Shown here piece by piece: positions 1 through 9,891 of a DNA stretch of 64,000 nt. Source of the DNA: an uncultured Acidimicrobiaceae bacterium (GTDB lineage: Bacteria; Actinomycetota; Acidimicrobiia; Spongiisociales; UBA5794); assembly GCA_964632475.1 (NCBI GenBank), contig CAZWDQ010000001.1, positions 3,842 to 67,841 of the forward strand, read 5' to 3'. The notes beneath the pieces are model-generated. The model had not been told where the DNA came from, did no database searches, and was given only the letters and a program-made list of their open reading frames with translations. The stretch's first letter is position 1; the number at the start of each line of letters is the position of its first letter. The translations under genes and the position numbers were made by a program.

Positions 1-343
1 TGACCGTTGCGGTAGCCCAGCGAATCGACGGGCCGATCTCTTTGATGTCCACGTCGATCGTCGAACGCTTGTCGCCTTCCTGGGTCTCCCAGGAGCGTTG
101 CTGAAGCTCGCCGACCACGATGACGCGCATACCTCTCGTCAGGGTCTCTGCCACGTTCTCGCCCAGGTCACGCCAGCACGTGCCGCTGAAGAAGCTGGTC
201 TCCTCTTTCCACTCGCCCTGGCTCTGATAGCGCTTGTTGACGGCGAACCGCACTTTGGTCATCGCCACGCCACTCGGGGTGAACCGGAGTTCCGGATCCT
301 CGACGAGGTTGCCGATCAAGGTCACACTGTTCACATTGCTCAT
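1..343 (-). CDS. ssb: single-stranded DNA-binding protein, C-terminally truncated by window edge
   Basis: The reverse-complement translation from ATG (cat 341-343) reads MSNVNSVTLIGNLVEDPELRFTPSG..., a typical SSB OB-fold N-terminus. It lies downstream of rpsF as in the rpsF-ssb-rpsR-rplI operon. Confidence 0.85.
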   Translation of the reverse strand, partial: MSNVNSVTLIGNLVEDPELRFTPSGVAMTKVRFAVNKRYQSQGEWKEETSFFSGTCWRDLGENVAETLTRGMRVIVVGELQQRSWETQEGDKRSTIDVDIKEIGPSIRWATATV

Positions 344-401
344 GTTCTCTCTCTTCTCTCTTCCCGCACTCCCCCATCATGAGGGGAGCGTGTGACAGGA
401 A

Positions 402-695
402 TCAACTCTCTCGATCAGTCCTTCGAATGATCTTGTGGCGTACAACGGCGTCGGACAGCGAGAGTGCGTGGCCGAGCGCGTCGACAAGGACGGTATCGCC
501 TTCGAAGTCGAGGACGGAGTAGTAGCCCTCGTTCATGTGATCGATCTCGTAGGCGAAGCGGCGCTTCCCCCAGAAGTCGGTCCCGGTTACGTTGCCGCTG
601 GTGTCGATCGTCGCGGAGACTTCCTCGACCTGCTTGCGGACATCCGACTCGACCATGTCAGGTCGGTGAATGATCATCAGCTCATAAGAGCGCAT
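402..695 (-). CDS. rpsF: 30S ribosomal protein S6
   Basis: MRSYELMIIHRPDM...GYYSVLDFEGD is a hallmark S6 sequence. The ATG is at 693-695. Confidence 0.9.
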   Translation of the reverse strand: MRSYELMIIHRPDMVESDVRKQVEEVSATIDTSGNVTGTDFWGKRRFAYEIDHMNEGYYSVLDFEGDTVLVDALGHALSLSDAVVRHKIIRRTDRES

Positions 696-918
696 CGATA
701 TCAACTCCTCTGGACATTCGCGATGCGAACGGTCCCCGAAGGGACAGGATCTGGCAGCCAAAGGGCCACGTTGGTCGCCGCTCCGGAAGACGGACGGCGG
801 TGTACCGAAGGAAGTGTACCGCGAGCGGTCCGGTAGCCACCGGGGTCCTCGACCGTGGATCATCGCGCGTGTGTGGATGACTCCTCAGGCGCGACCTACA
901 CACGCTCGATGACGGAGG

Positions 919-1368
919 TCAACCGGGTGGTGTGAGAACCGATCCCTCTCCGACGAGGCGCAGATCTCCCGCAGGGACCTCAACCGCATGCCGGTAGGCG
1001 CCCGACGGGCGGTACACCGGGCATGGATTCCCGGTGCACGGTCGCATCGTGAATGTGTCCACGAAGAGGCCGTCGGTGTCGAAGAAGGCGATGTCCAGGG
1101 AGATCAGCGTGTCCTTCATCCAGAATCCACCGTCGGTGGATTTGTCAAAGACGAACAGCATGCCGTCCAATCCCCCGAGGTCGGTCACACCCATCAGCCC
1201 CTGCGATCGCAGCGCAGGCGTATCGGCGATGGCAACGGCCAACTGCTGATCATCGATCTGAATCGCCGCGGTATCGAATCCATCCAACCCGACCGGCTCA
1301 TCCGATCCACACGCAGCAAGCAACAGGGCGAACAGGACGCCGAGAAACAGGAGCGAACGGTATGTCAC
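919..1368 (-). CDS. DUF192 family secreted/lipoprotein
   Basis: It has a signal peptide with lipobox LLAACGS and the DUF192-like core ADTPALRSQGLMGV...GMLFVF. Confidence 0.6.
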   Translation of the reverse strand: MTYRSLLFLGVLFALLLAACGSDEPVGLDGFDTAAIQIDDQQLAVAIADTPALRSQGLMGVTDLGGLDGMLFVFDKSTDGGFWMKDTLISLDIAFFDTDGLFVDTFTMRPCTGNPCPVYRPSGAYRHAVEVPAGDLRLVGEGSVLTPPG

Positions 1369-1394
1369 AGCCAGGAACCTACCGTGCGCGACGA

Positions 1395-2258
1395 TCAGCG
1401 TTCGACTCTCGTCTCCGACTCAACGAGGTCTTGAAGGATCGCGAACGACTCATCCGGCATGTGATAGGTCTCGTCCTCCGACGGAAACGCCCCGGATTCC
1501 ACATCCGTGAAGAACCGCTCGAGCGCATCAACAGCGTCGCCTGCAAGATCTGCATACGGACGCACGAACTTCGGGAGATACTCCCCGCCGCCGAGACCGA
1601 GGACATCGTGCATGACAAGCACCTGTCCGTCGCATCCGGCACCGGCACCGATCCCGATCGTGGGAACCTGCACCTCTGCCGTAACAATCTGTGCCACTCG
1701 ATCGGGCACGCCTTCGAGCACGATCGCAAATACTCCCGCTTCCGCGAGCGCTTGAGCGTCGCTGATCATCTCGTACGCTGCCTGAACCTTCTTCCCCTGC
1801 ACCCGGTAGCCGCCCATGGCATTCACCGACTGCGGTGTGAGACCGAGGTGTCCCATGACCGGGATCTCCGCGTTGAGAACGGCAGCGATCGCGTCGAGTC
1901 GCTTGCGCCCGCCTTCTATCTTCACGGCGGCGGCACCGCCTTCACGGATCAACCGAGCGGCGTTCCGGACAGTGTCTTCGGGCGACACGTGGAAACTCAT
2001 CCAGGGCATATCCCCAACGACGAGAGCATCGGGTTCGGCCCTGGTAACGGCAGCAGTGTGATGAACCATCACGTCCATGTCGACGGAGAGAGTGTCGGCG
2101 TGACCGAGCACGACGTTGGCGACCGAGTCACCAACAAGGATGATGTCCGCCCCCGCCCTACTCGCGATCTTGGCCATCGGATAGTCATATGCCGTGACCA
2201 TGCGGATCTTCGTCTTGCCTTTTCGGGCGCGAACCTCCGGCGCTGTGATCTTGCTCAT
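1395..2258 (-). CDS. panB: 3-methyl-2-oxobutanoate hydroxymethyltransferase
   Basis: MSKITAPEVRARKGK..IRMVTAYDYPMAKI..GDSVANVVLGH are PanB motifs. The start is the internal ATG at 2256-2258 of the longer ORF. Confidence 0.9.
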   Translation of the reverse strand: MSKITAPEVRARKGKTKIRMVTAYDYPMAKIASRAGADIILVGDSVANVVLGHADTLSVDMDVMVHHTAAVTRAEPDALVVGDMPWMSFHVSPEDTVRNAARLIREGGAAAVKIEGGRKRLDAIAAVLNAEIPVMGHLGLTPQSVNAMGGYRVQGKKVQAAYEMISDAQALAEAGVFAIVLEGVPDRVAQIVTAEVQVPTIGIGAGAGCDGQVLVMHDVLGLGGGEYLPKFVRPYADLAGDAVDALERFFTDVESGAFPSEDETYHMPDESFAILQDLVESETRVER

Positions 2259-2436
2259 CGATTGCTCCTCTCTCCCCACCCTCCGGGTTGGGGGACACGT
2301 CGCAGCATTGGACCAGCGCCTCTTTCGACCTCGGCCGCCCAAAGGGTCGCCCGTGCCGGGACGCTTCAGTAAGAACGCTAGTCGCGGCGTTCCTGTTCCG
2401 GGCCGTCTGTAGCGGCGGTGGGGTACCGTTGGGTCC

Positions 2437-2913
2437 ATGGCGCGCAAAGACATCACCATGACAGGCGTGGAAGTGACCGCCTTCCTCGACGAGACCGCGA
2501 TCCTCGAAGTCGCGACGATCGGCAACGACGGCTGGCCGCACCTCGCTCCGATGTGGTTCGTGATGGAGGATGACAAGATCGTCTTCCGATCGTTCACCAG
2601 ATCACAGAAGATCCTGAACCTCCGGCGAGATCCTCGCCTCACCGTTCTCGCAGAGGACGGTGACGCCTACGAAGAGCTCAGAGGCGTGATGATCAGGGCG
2701 GAGGCTCGCCTGGTCGAAGACCCGGCTTACGTCCTCGCCATCTATGGGCGACTCGCTGCCAAATATGGAATGGTCGGGCCGGAACCCGTCGAACTCTCCG
2801 AGGAGGAACTCGAAGCCGCCTTCGGTCGATTCGCGTCGAAGAACACGGCGGTCGTCGTGGAACCCACGAAGACCGCATCCTGGGATCACCGCAAGATCGG
2901 CGGCGGCTATTAG
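2437..2913 (+). CDS. pyridoxamine 5'-phosphate oxidase-family / PPOX class F420- or FMN-binding protein
   Basis: It is a 158-aa split-barrel protein (GWPHLAPMWFV..DKIVF), typical of the PPOX class. Confidence 0.7.
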   Translation: MARKDITMTGVEVTAFLDETAILEVATIGNDGWPHLAPMWFVMEDDKIVFRSFTRSQKILNLRRDPRLTVLAEDGDAYEELRGVMIRAEARLVEDPAYVLAIYGRLAAKYGMVGPEPVELSEEELEAAFGRFASKNTAVVVEPTKTASWDHRKIGGGY

Positions 2914-3874
2914 GGGCATCCTCGCCGGCCTGGTCACTGCGGCTGTCATAGCCGCCGGTTGCTCGTCCGGCGCTACGCCCCCGGATGATCTCCCTGCACA
3001 GCTCCCCAACGCCTGGGTGACCGCGCTGGCGACGGTCGACGACGGCACTGTCTGGGTCGGAACGAATGATGGATTGGGTCACCTCGCCGCTGACACGTGG
3101 ACCAACTACACCTCCCTCGACGGTCTCCCGAACGATCTCGTGAATTCGGTCACCGTCGCCGAGGACGGTGTCGTGTGGGTCGGGACCAATTTCGGTGCAG
3201 GCCGACTCGACGACGACCTGTGGGTTAGATACGGCGTCGAGGAGGGTCTTCCGAGCAACTGGGTGAACTCAGTAGTGATCGCCGGGGACGGAACCGTGTG
3301 GCTCGGCACGATCTTCGGGCTGAGCATCCTCAACGCCGGCGGTACCTCGACCAATCTGACCACCGACGATGGCCTCCCGAACAGCCGCGTGACAACGCTG
3401 GCTTTCGCCGATGGCGACGTTCTGTGGATCGGAACGAACGGCGGCCTGAGCAGCCTGGACGACGGAGACTGGACCTCCTACACGGCCGCAGATGGGCTCC
3501 CAAGCGATTGGATCAATTCGGTGGCGGTAGCGCCGGACGGAGCGGTGTGGGTTGCTACCCGGGAGGGGTTGGCGCGCTTCGACAGAGGGGTGTGGACCGT
3601 CTTTGCCATGGCCGATGGCCTCCCCAACGAGTGGGTGAACGCGGTTGCGGTGGGAAGCGACGGCACCGTGTGGGCCGGAACGAGCGCTGGACTCGCTCGC
3701 CTCGAAGGTGGGAACTGGATCACCGACACGACCGAAGACGGTCTGCCCCACGATCAAGTGACGGCGGTGGCGGTTGCCAATGACGGCACGGTTTGGGTCG
3801 GGACGAAGGGCGGCCTTGCTCTTCTGAGCGGCAGCGACTGGGTCACCTACACGGCCGCTTCTATCGAGTCGTAG
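2909..3874 (+). CDS. lipoprotein with seven two-component-regulator-propeller (Reg_prop-like) repeats; start codon uncertain
   Basis: The signal/lipobox is IRGILAGLVTAAVIAAGCSS, followed by repeated TVWVGTNxGLxxL units. No ATG/GTG/TTG lies between the PPOX stop (2911-2913) and the signal peptide; the only in-frame ATG is at 2765, which would overlap the upstream gene by about 150 nt. Confidence 0.6.
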   Translation: MRGILAGLVTAAVIAAGCSSGATPPDDLPAQLPNAWVTALATVDDGTVWVGTNDGLGHLAADTWTNYTSLDGLPNDLVNSVTVAEDGVVWVGTNFGAGRLDDDLWVRYGVEEGLPSNWVNSVVIAGDGTVWLGTIFGLSILNAGGTSTNLTTDDGLPNSRVTTLAFADGDVLWIGTNGGLSSLDDGDWTSYTAADGLPSDWINSVAVAPDGAVWVATREGLARFDRGVWTVFAMADGLPNEWVNAVAVGSDGTVWAGTSAGLARLEGGNWITDTTEDGLPHDQVTAVAVANDGTVWVGTKGGLALLSGSDWVTYTAASIES

Positions 3875-3882
3875 ACCTCCAC

Positions 3883-6648
3883 CTACTCGGCACAGATCTC
3901 GAGGATCGCGTCGCCGTGTGCTTCGAGCTTCGCCGGTCCGATGCCGGGGACCGAGGCAAGTTGCGTCTCCGTCTGTGGCCGGATCCCTGCGATCGTCTCG
4001 ATCGTCGCGTCGTGCAGGATCACGTACGCGGGCATCCCCGTCGCCCGGGCGGTCTCGAGTCGCCACGCCTTCAGTCGTTCCACGAGGTCGGCATCGGGCG
4101 TGATGGTTTCCGGTTTCGGCGTCAGCGGACCCTTGCGGCCCTCACCCTTGATCTCATCCCCCCATCGGACCTGGAACAGTCCTCCTCCTTTGACCTCGAT
4201 CCACAGACCGTCCGCATCGATCTCGTTCACGATCCCGCTGATGCCCCCGTGAACAGCGACGGTCTCGCCCACTTCGACGCTGATTCCCCTGGTCTTCTGC
4301 ACCGACCGTTTCCTCTGTTTCGTGCGTTCCGGCTCGACTGTTCGCGATGCCTCTCCCGTGAGTTCGTCGAGGAACCGGGAAGGGTTGGCGGTGTCGGACA
4401 AGATCGTGACCTGTTCGATGCCCCTGGTGATCGCCACATGGAGGATCCGTCGCTCTTCCTCGATGTCCGTCGCGAGATCGTGAGGGAGGAGGCCCCGATC
4501 CACACCGAACACGAGCACGCGGTCCCACTCGAGGCCCTTCGCTCGATGCACCGTCGACAGTGTCACCCCTTCGGACCCCGAGCGTTCGATCATCTCGACG
4601 AGCCACGCCTCGAAATCCGAGGCAGTTGGATGGATCGCCGCTGCCCGGCGCAGTGCGACGAGATCGTCCGACTGTGCGGAACGGTCGGCGCGGCTGCGGC
4701 CGCTATCGAGGGCCAACGCAGAAGATTCCAATCCGACCCGCCGAACCACGACATCGAAAAGTGCAGTCGCATCGTTCTGCTCCGCCGCGATCGCAACCCG
4801 TTCCAGATCATCTACGAAGCCATCCCACCGCTGCGCCTGCTTGCCTGCCAGATCAGCTCCTGCTGCCACCACCCCACTGAGATCGAAGAAGCGTCGCCCC
4901 CCAAGCAGGTCGGAGGCAAGCCGGTTGAGTCCGCGTGAGGGCCTCCTCACAGCGGTCATCAGGTCGGTGCGCGCCATCCGTTCCGGTTCGAGACCGAGGC
5001 GCATCCAGGCGAGTGTCGCCGCCACGACGGTGCGCGACAGAATCCCCCTACCGATCGGGGACGAGAACGGCACGGATCGTTCGGCGAGGGCGACGTGGAC
5101 CGGAAGGAGAGCGGAATTGACACGAGCCAGAACGGCGACGTCCGATGGTTCGCCCTCCTCGAGCCAGGTCTCGATTCGTGCCGCCGCGTCGAGGCCGAGG
5201 CGGTCTCCGTCGACACGAGCGACGGTGAACGCATCGGGTCGATCGACTGCATCAACTGCGGCCGTGATCGTCTTGTCGATTCTCCGGTCGTTGTATGAGA
5301 GAAGATTCGTCGTGGCCGTCACCACGGGAACCGGACACCGGTAGTTGACCTCAAGGGCATGCGAGTCGGCCCCGGGGAAGATCCGGTCGTAGTCGATGAG
5401 GTAGCCGGGATCGGCTCCTGCATATCCGTAGATCGTCTGGTCGTCATCTCCGACACCGAACACGTCGAGCTGCGGGGAAGCGAGGAGTCGGATCAGAAGC
5501 AAGTAGGCGCCTGTGAGGTCCTGGAACTCATCGACGAGCACATGCCGGCACCGGTCCTGCCATCGATGGCGCAGGGCCGGGTCGGAGAGCAGGGCTTCTA
5601 TCGCTCCGTAGATCTGTTCATCGAAATCGACTTCGTTGCGGTGCCGCAAACGATCCCGGTACTGCTCATAGGTCGCTGCAAAGCCGGGAACGTCGTCACG
5701 CCCTTCCTCAACTGCGTCGGGCGTTCGGAGAGCGATCCTCGTCTCGGAGAGTGCTTCGATGTAGGGGCCGACGATGTCGGTGTTGGGCCGCCGGGGAGCC
5801 TGCACGATGGGGTCGAGGCGTGACCTCACTTCTCGTTCGTCGAGAAGCTGCAGATTTCCCCGAGCGTCGCGAAGGATCTCCCAGCCGAGAGAGTGAACGG
5901 TTCGGATGAGTGCACCTCCGCTTGCCCCCGCCCGCTGACGCAATTCTGCGGCCGCCTTCGTGTTGTACGCGAGAGCGCAGACCGTCGCGGACTCAACCGC
6001 CCGATCATCAAGGAGGTGGCGAAGCCGCGCGGTGAGCGTTCGTGTCTTCCCGGACCCTGCGGGAGCGATGATGCGGGCCGGTCCGGAGGCGTGGTTGGCC
6101 CCAGCAGCCTGATCCGGAGCGAGTCCCCCGTCGACCAGTTGATCGGCCGGCAGCGGGTCGAGGCGACCCAACGTCACGGTCTCGGAATGCACCACGGTGT
6201 CACCCGCCTCGATCGGCCCTCGTGGACCGCCATCGATCCAGGCGGGTGTTCCGTTGGGGAGGAAGACGTCGGCTGGACCGCCCTCGGTGGCTCCGATCGC
6301 CGCGGCCTTGACCGACCACCACCATTTGAGTTCGCCGTCGCGGGCGTCGTAGCTGTTGGCCCATACGAGGAAGTGGAGGCGTTCTAGGGGGAAGGTGAAG
6401 GTCGGCCCGATCTCGTAGGGATCTCTGCTCTCGACCTCGGCAAGGCGGAGGGTGGAAGGATCGACGCCGAGTTCGATGACGATGCCCTCCCTGCTCGACC
6501 AGGCACGGTGGAGTCGGTCGATCATCGCATCCGGTTCGGCGAGCACCGCCTCGTCGACCAGCACAAGCGCTGCTCCTTCCCACGGTTCGGGAACGGACGC
6601 GTCGGGTCCGATCACAACGGATCGACCAAGTATTTCGGAAACAGCCAC
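3883..6648 (-). CDS. UvrD/PcrA-family ATP-dependent DNA helicase with an extra N-terminal domain and C-terminal HRDC domain
   Basis: It has Walker A (APAGSGKT), motif II (VLVDEFQD), VNYRCP and TVHRAKGLEWD. The C-terminal ~70 aa are HRDC-like (LVERLKAWR...VPGIGPAKLEAHG). The N-terminal ~185 aa has no recognisable family. Confidence 0.85.
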   Translation of the reverse strand: MAVSEILGRSVVIGPDASVPEPWEGAALVLVDEAVLAEPDAMIDRLHRAWSSREGIVIELGVDPSTLRLAEVESRDPYEIGPTFTFPLERLHFLVWANSYDARDGELKWWWSVKAAAIGATEGGPADVFLPNGTPAWIDGGPRGPIEAGDTVVHSETVTLGRLDPLPADQLVDGGLAPDQAAGANHASGPARIIAPAGSGKTRTLTARLRHLLDDRAVESATVCALAYNTKAAAELRQRAGASGGALIRTVHSLGWEILRDARGNLQLLDEREVRSRLDPIVQAPRRPNTDIVGPYIEALSETRIALRTPDAVEEGRDDVPGFAATYEQYRDRLRHRNEVDFDEQIYGAIEALLSDPALRHRWQDRCRHVLVDEFQDLTGAYLLLIRLLASPQLDVFGVGDDDQTIYGYAGADPGYLIDYDRIFPGADSHALEVNYRCPVPVVTATTNLLSYNDRRIDKTITAAVDAVDRPDAFTVARVDGDRLGLDAAARIETWLEEGEPSDVAVLARVNSALLPVHVALAERSVPFSSPIGRGILSRTVVAATLAWMRLGLEPERMARTDLMTAVRRPSRGLNRLASDLLGGRRFFDLSGVVAAGADLAGKQAQRWDGFVDDLERVAIAAEQNDATALFDVVVRRVGLESSALALDSGRSRADRSAQSDDLVALRRAAAIHPTASDFEAWLVEMIERSGSEGVTLSTVHRAKGLEWDRVLVFGVDRGLLPHDLATDIEEERRILHVAITRGIEQVTILSDTANPSRFLDELTGEASRTVEPERTKQRKRSVQKTRGISVEVGETVAVHGGISGIVNEIDADGLWIEVKGGGLFQVRWGDEIKGEGRKGPLTPKPETITPDADLVERLKAWRLETARATGMPAYVILHDATIETIAGIRPQTETQLASVPGIGPAKLEAHGDAILEICAE

Positions 6649-6699
6649 GACGCCGAGGTTAGGGCGGGCCTACGACACGGAACAGGAAGTGGCGATTGC

Positions 6700-6735
6700 T
6701 GTATCGAAACGATATAGTTATATCGATTCGATACA
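6700..6735. promoter_or_regulatory. near-perfect 17-nt inverted repeat (TGTATCGAAACGATATA-gt-TATATCGATTCGATACA) in the helicase/padR divergent intergenic region; candidate PadR operator
   Basis: The palindrome was read directly and has 1 mismatch in 17. It sits 14 nt upstream of the padR GTG. Confidence 0.5.
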
Positions 6736-6748
6736 TCGGAGATGAAAC

Positions 6749-7261
6749 GTGCTCGATTTCGCCGTCCTTGGACTGCTTCGCGAACAGCCGCGACACGGCT
6801 ATGAACTGAAGCGCGCCCTCGGTGATCTCGGCTTCTGGCAGGTCTCGTTTGGATCTCTCTACCCGGCGCTCCGGCGCCTCGAGAAGCAAGGGTCCATCGA
6901 GGCGGCCAAAGGTGAGGGACGCCGCAAGGCGTATCGGGTGACAGAGCCGGGGACCATCCGTTTCGGCGAGATGCTCGCGGGTTCCGGCGACGACTCGGAC
7001 CGTGATTTCCAGCTCCGCCTGGCATTTCTCGGCTACGTCGAACCGGAGAGTCGCCTCGGGGTCCTCGAGGACCGCAGAACGGCACTCCAGGACCGGCTTC
7101 ACGGCGCACGGCGCTCCTTCCGGGGGGCACGGAGCAACACCAGGAATCCAGACCGGTATCGGATGGCGCTCATGGAGCGAAGGGTTCGGTCGGCCGAGGC
7201 GGACATCTCCTGGCTCGACGAACTCATCGCCGGCGAGCGAAGCGCCGCGGCCGGCGCATGA
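6749..7261 (+). CDS. PadR-family transcriptional regulator
   Basis: [24 protein letters not shown]...[12 protein letters not shown] is a PadR winged helix. It has a GTG start, and its stop overlaps the downstream ATG (ATGA). Confidence 0.85.
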   Translation: MLDFAVLGLLREQPRHGYELKRALGDLGFWQVSFGSLYPALRRLEKQGSIEAAKGEGRRKAYRVTEPGTIRFGEMLAGSGDDSDRDFQLRLAFLGYVEPESRLGVLEDRRTALQDRLHGARRSFRGARSNTRNPDRYRMALMERRVRSAEADISWLDELIAGERSAAAGA

Positions 7262-7284
7262 GTTCGCAGAACGAGGAGGGGACC

Positions 7285-8397
7285 ATGTCCAACAAAGTAC
7301 GGGTTGCGATCGCAGGACTCGGTAACTGCGCCAACTCTCTCATCCAGGGCGTCGAGTACTACCGCGACGCCGACCCATCTCTCAAGGTCCCCGGGTTGAT
7401 GCACATCGACCTCGGTGGCTACCACGTCGGTGACGTCGAGTTCGTCGCCGCCTTCGACGTCGACGCCACGAAGGTCGGCCAAGACATGTCGAAGGCCATG
7501 TGGGCAGGGATGAACAACACGATCGAGTTCGTCGAGGTGCCCAGCCTCGATGTCCAGGTCATGCGCGGCCCGACACTCGACGGTCTCGGGAAGTTCTACG
7601 TTGACGAGGTCGAAGAGTCGGCCGCAGAGCCGGTCAACGTCGTGCAGGTCCTGAAAGACACGAACGTCGACGTTCTCGTGTCGTACCTGCCGGTCGGCTC
7701 GGAGGCTGCCACCAAGTTCTATGCACAGGCGGCGCTCGACGCAGGCGTGGGATTCGTCAACGCTATCCCCGTGTTCATCGCATCGGATCCCGAATGGGCA
7801 CAGAAATTCGTCGACGCGAACCTGCCGATCGTCGGTGATGACATCAAGTCGCAGGTGGGCGCCACGATCGTCCATCGTCAACTCGCCCGCCTCTTCGAGG
7901 ACCGCGGCGTCAAGATCGATCAGACCTACCAGCTGAATTTCGGCGGGAACATGGACTTCAAGAACATGCTCGAGCGAGAGCGTCTTGTCTCCAAGAAGAT
8001 CTCGAAGACACAGTCGGTAACGAGCCAGATCGAGCGGCGCATGAACTCCGATACGGTGCACATCGGACCGTCGGACCACGTGCCGTGGCTGTCGGACCGC
8101 AAGTGGGCGTACATCCGACTCGAGGGCACTTCGTTCGGTGACGTGCCCCTCAACGTCGAACTGAAGCTCGAAGTGTGGGACTCCCCCAACTCGGCCGGTG
8201 TGATCATCGACGCCGTACGCGCAGCGAGGATCGCCATGGATCGGGGCGTCGGCGGACCGCTCCTCGCACCGTCGTCGTACTTCATGAAGTCACCCCCGGT
8301 GCAGTATCACGACTCGGTGGCGCACGACAACGTCGAGGCGTTCATCACCGGTGAAGGCGATCTCGCCTGTGACCTCGAAGCGTTCCTCAGCGCATAG
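7285..8397 (+). CDS. ino1: myo-inositol-1-phosphate synthase (alternative start 7258)
   Basis: [24 protein letters not shown] and the conserved C-terminus match Ino1. An AGGAGGG RBS sits at 7274-7280 before the ATG at 7285. The PadR-ino1 pairing is as in mycobacteria (Rv0047c-Rv0046c). Confidence 0.9.
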   Translation: MSNKVRVAIAGLGNCANSLIQGVEYYRDADPSLKVPGLMHIDLGGYHVGDVEFVAAFDVDATKVGQDMSKAMWAGMNNTIEFVEVPSLDVQVMRGPTLDGLGKFYVDEVEESAAEPVNVVQVLKDTNVDVLVSYLPVGSEAATKFYAQAALDAGVGFVNAIPVFIASDPEWAQKFVDANLPIVGDDIKSQVGATIVHRQLARLFEDRGVKIDQTYQLNFGGNMDFKNMLERERLVSKKISKTQSVTSQIERRMNSDTVHIGPSDHVPWLSDRKWAYIRLEGTSFGDVPLNVELKLEVWDSPNSAGVIIDAVRAARIAMDRGVGGPLLAPSSYFMKSPPVQYHDSVAHDNVEAFITGEGDLACDLEAFLSA

Positions 8398-8546
8398 AGG
8401 AGTCCTCGTTCTGTTGAGTAGGGCGGTCCTCCGGGGCCGCTCTTCTCGCGCACGCTCCACCGATCACGAGGGTTGACAGGGGAATGCACGCTCGATCGCT
8501 TGTGTCTAGGACCACACTCTTTGTGATCGTAGGCACAAACGACGGG

Positions 8547-9314
8547 TCAGAGGCGTTTGCGAAGCCAGGCGATGTCGATGGCTTGGTCCTCGGCTTCACC
8601 GGGAGTCTCGACCACGACCGGGGCACTCGCATCCCGGACCGACGCGACGAGCAGATCCTCGGGAATCTCGCCGTTCCCGAAGTTGGCGTGGCGATCCCGG
8701 TGACTGTCGAAAGGGTCGCGCGAGTCGTTGGCGTGGACGAGGGCGATACCCCCCGTGTGCCTTGTGATTCGCTCAACCGCCGTGTCCAGATCGGCGCCCG
8801 CTGCCCAAGCGTGACACGTATCAAGGCACACACCAACGTTGAAGTCGCCGATCGCCGACCACAACGGTCCGTAGTTGTCGAGGTTCTGCATCACGGTGTT
8901 GCCCGATCCTGCGGTGTTCTCGACGAGAACAGGCACCGTGACATCGAACGAGTCAAGCGCCTTGAACCAGCGCTCGAAGCCGACGTCCACGTCTTCGTCT
9001 GCACCGACGCTGCCGCCGTGCACGATCACACCCTTCGCCCCAATCAGCGCCGAGGCCTCGACAGTTTGGGCAAGCATCTTGCGCGACGGGATCCGTACCC
9101 GGTTGTTCGGCGACGCCAGGTTCAAGAGATAGGGAGCATGAACGTATATGTCGATGGCTGCTTCGCGGAGCTCTACGGCGTCGGCTCTCGGGATCGGCTT
9201 CTTCCAAGATTGTGGATTGGAGACGAAGATCTGCACGACCTCGGCTTCCCTGGCCGCTGCTTCCCCTATCGGGTCTGCCGCCGGAACATGAGCTCCGATC
9301 TTCAGGTCAGTCAT
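8547..9314 (-). CDS. nfo: deoxyribonuclease IV (AP endonuclease, Nfo family)
   Basis: MTDLKIGAHV...VHAPYLLNLAS...CLDTCHAWAAG is the TIM-barrel endonuclease IV signature. The ATG is at 9312-9314. Confidence 0.85.
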   Translation of the reverse strand: MTDLKIGAHVPAADPIGEAAAREAEVVQIFVSNPQSWKKPIPRADAVELREAAIDIYVHAPYLLNLASPNNRVRIPSRKMLAQTVEASALIGAKGVIVHGGSVGADEDVDVGFERWFKALDSFDVTVPVLVENTAGSGNTVMQNLDNYGPLWSAIGDFNVGVCLDTCHAWAAGADLDTAVERITRHTGGIALVHANDSRDPFDSHRDRHANFGNGEIPEDLLVASVRDASAPVVVETPGEAEDQAIDIAWLRKRL

Positions 9315-9891
9315 CTTGCATCTCCTCTTCTGTCGCGAGCCTATGAGCGTGCTCAAGTGCGATATTGGCGTGGATCGCTACTTCTCCGAGCGGCTTCTCC
9401 CAACCTGCTGCATCGATTTGCAGCCGATCGCCGTCCCACGACGCTCCCCACGGTTCCGAGGGAAGCCCTTCCGAATCGATGAAGTCGACCACGAGAACAT
9501 CGCGGGAGCGCCCGCCATCCGGATCCTTCTCGGCAGCGCAGTAGACACCATCGATGGCATCCCAGGACACGAAGACCGGATCTTCCCCCGGCGCACCCAC
9601 GGCAATGAGGACTCCATCCTCGCGAAGCACGAGCACCGGGGAGCGGCGTATGAGCGACGTCACGGCATATCCAAAGAGACCGGCGCCGCCAGCGAGCATG
9701 AACGCTCCCCAGACATAGTCGGATCGTCGTTGATTGCGTCCCTTCGAGGTGATCTCGTCGTTGTAGGTATCGGGCGGTGTCGAAACCCAATGACCCCACA
9801 TGACATCCACGGCGCCCAACATCAAGAACAGGCCGACGAGGCCGAACAGGAACAGCCTGACGGGCGATCGATCGATTCGGAGTAGATTCAC
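9307..9891 (-). CDS. hypothetical membrane protein (2 TM helices + cytoplasmic domain)
   Basis: The N-terminal region is hydrophobic. The GTG start overlaps the pyrE stop (GTGA) and the 3' end overlaps the nfo start by 8 nt, consistent with an operon. Confidence 0.5.
   Translation of the reverse strand: MNLLRIDRSPVRLFLFGLVGLFLMLGAVDVMWGHWVSTPPDTYNDEITSKGRNQRRSDYVWGAFMLAGGAGLFGYAVTSLIRRSPVLVLREDGVLIAVGAPGEDPVFVSWDAIDGVYCAAEKDPDGGRSRDVLVVDFIDSEGLPSEPWGASWDGDRLQIDAAGWEKPLGEVAIHANIALEHAHRLATEEEMQDD

Noticed and set aside
98-382. Plus-strand 94-aa ORF and minus-strand 70-aa ORF overlapping the ssb coding frame.
   Set aside because: The SSB reading frame on the minus strand explains this region. 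The alternative frames are GC-rich frame artefacts.
1053-2372. A 439-aa Arg/His-rich plus-strand ORF, plus 1379..1729 and 2185..2541 minus ORFs.
   Set aside because: They are antisense or out-of-frame to panB. Their composition is Arg-rich, as expected for non-coding frames of high-GC genes.
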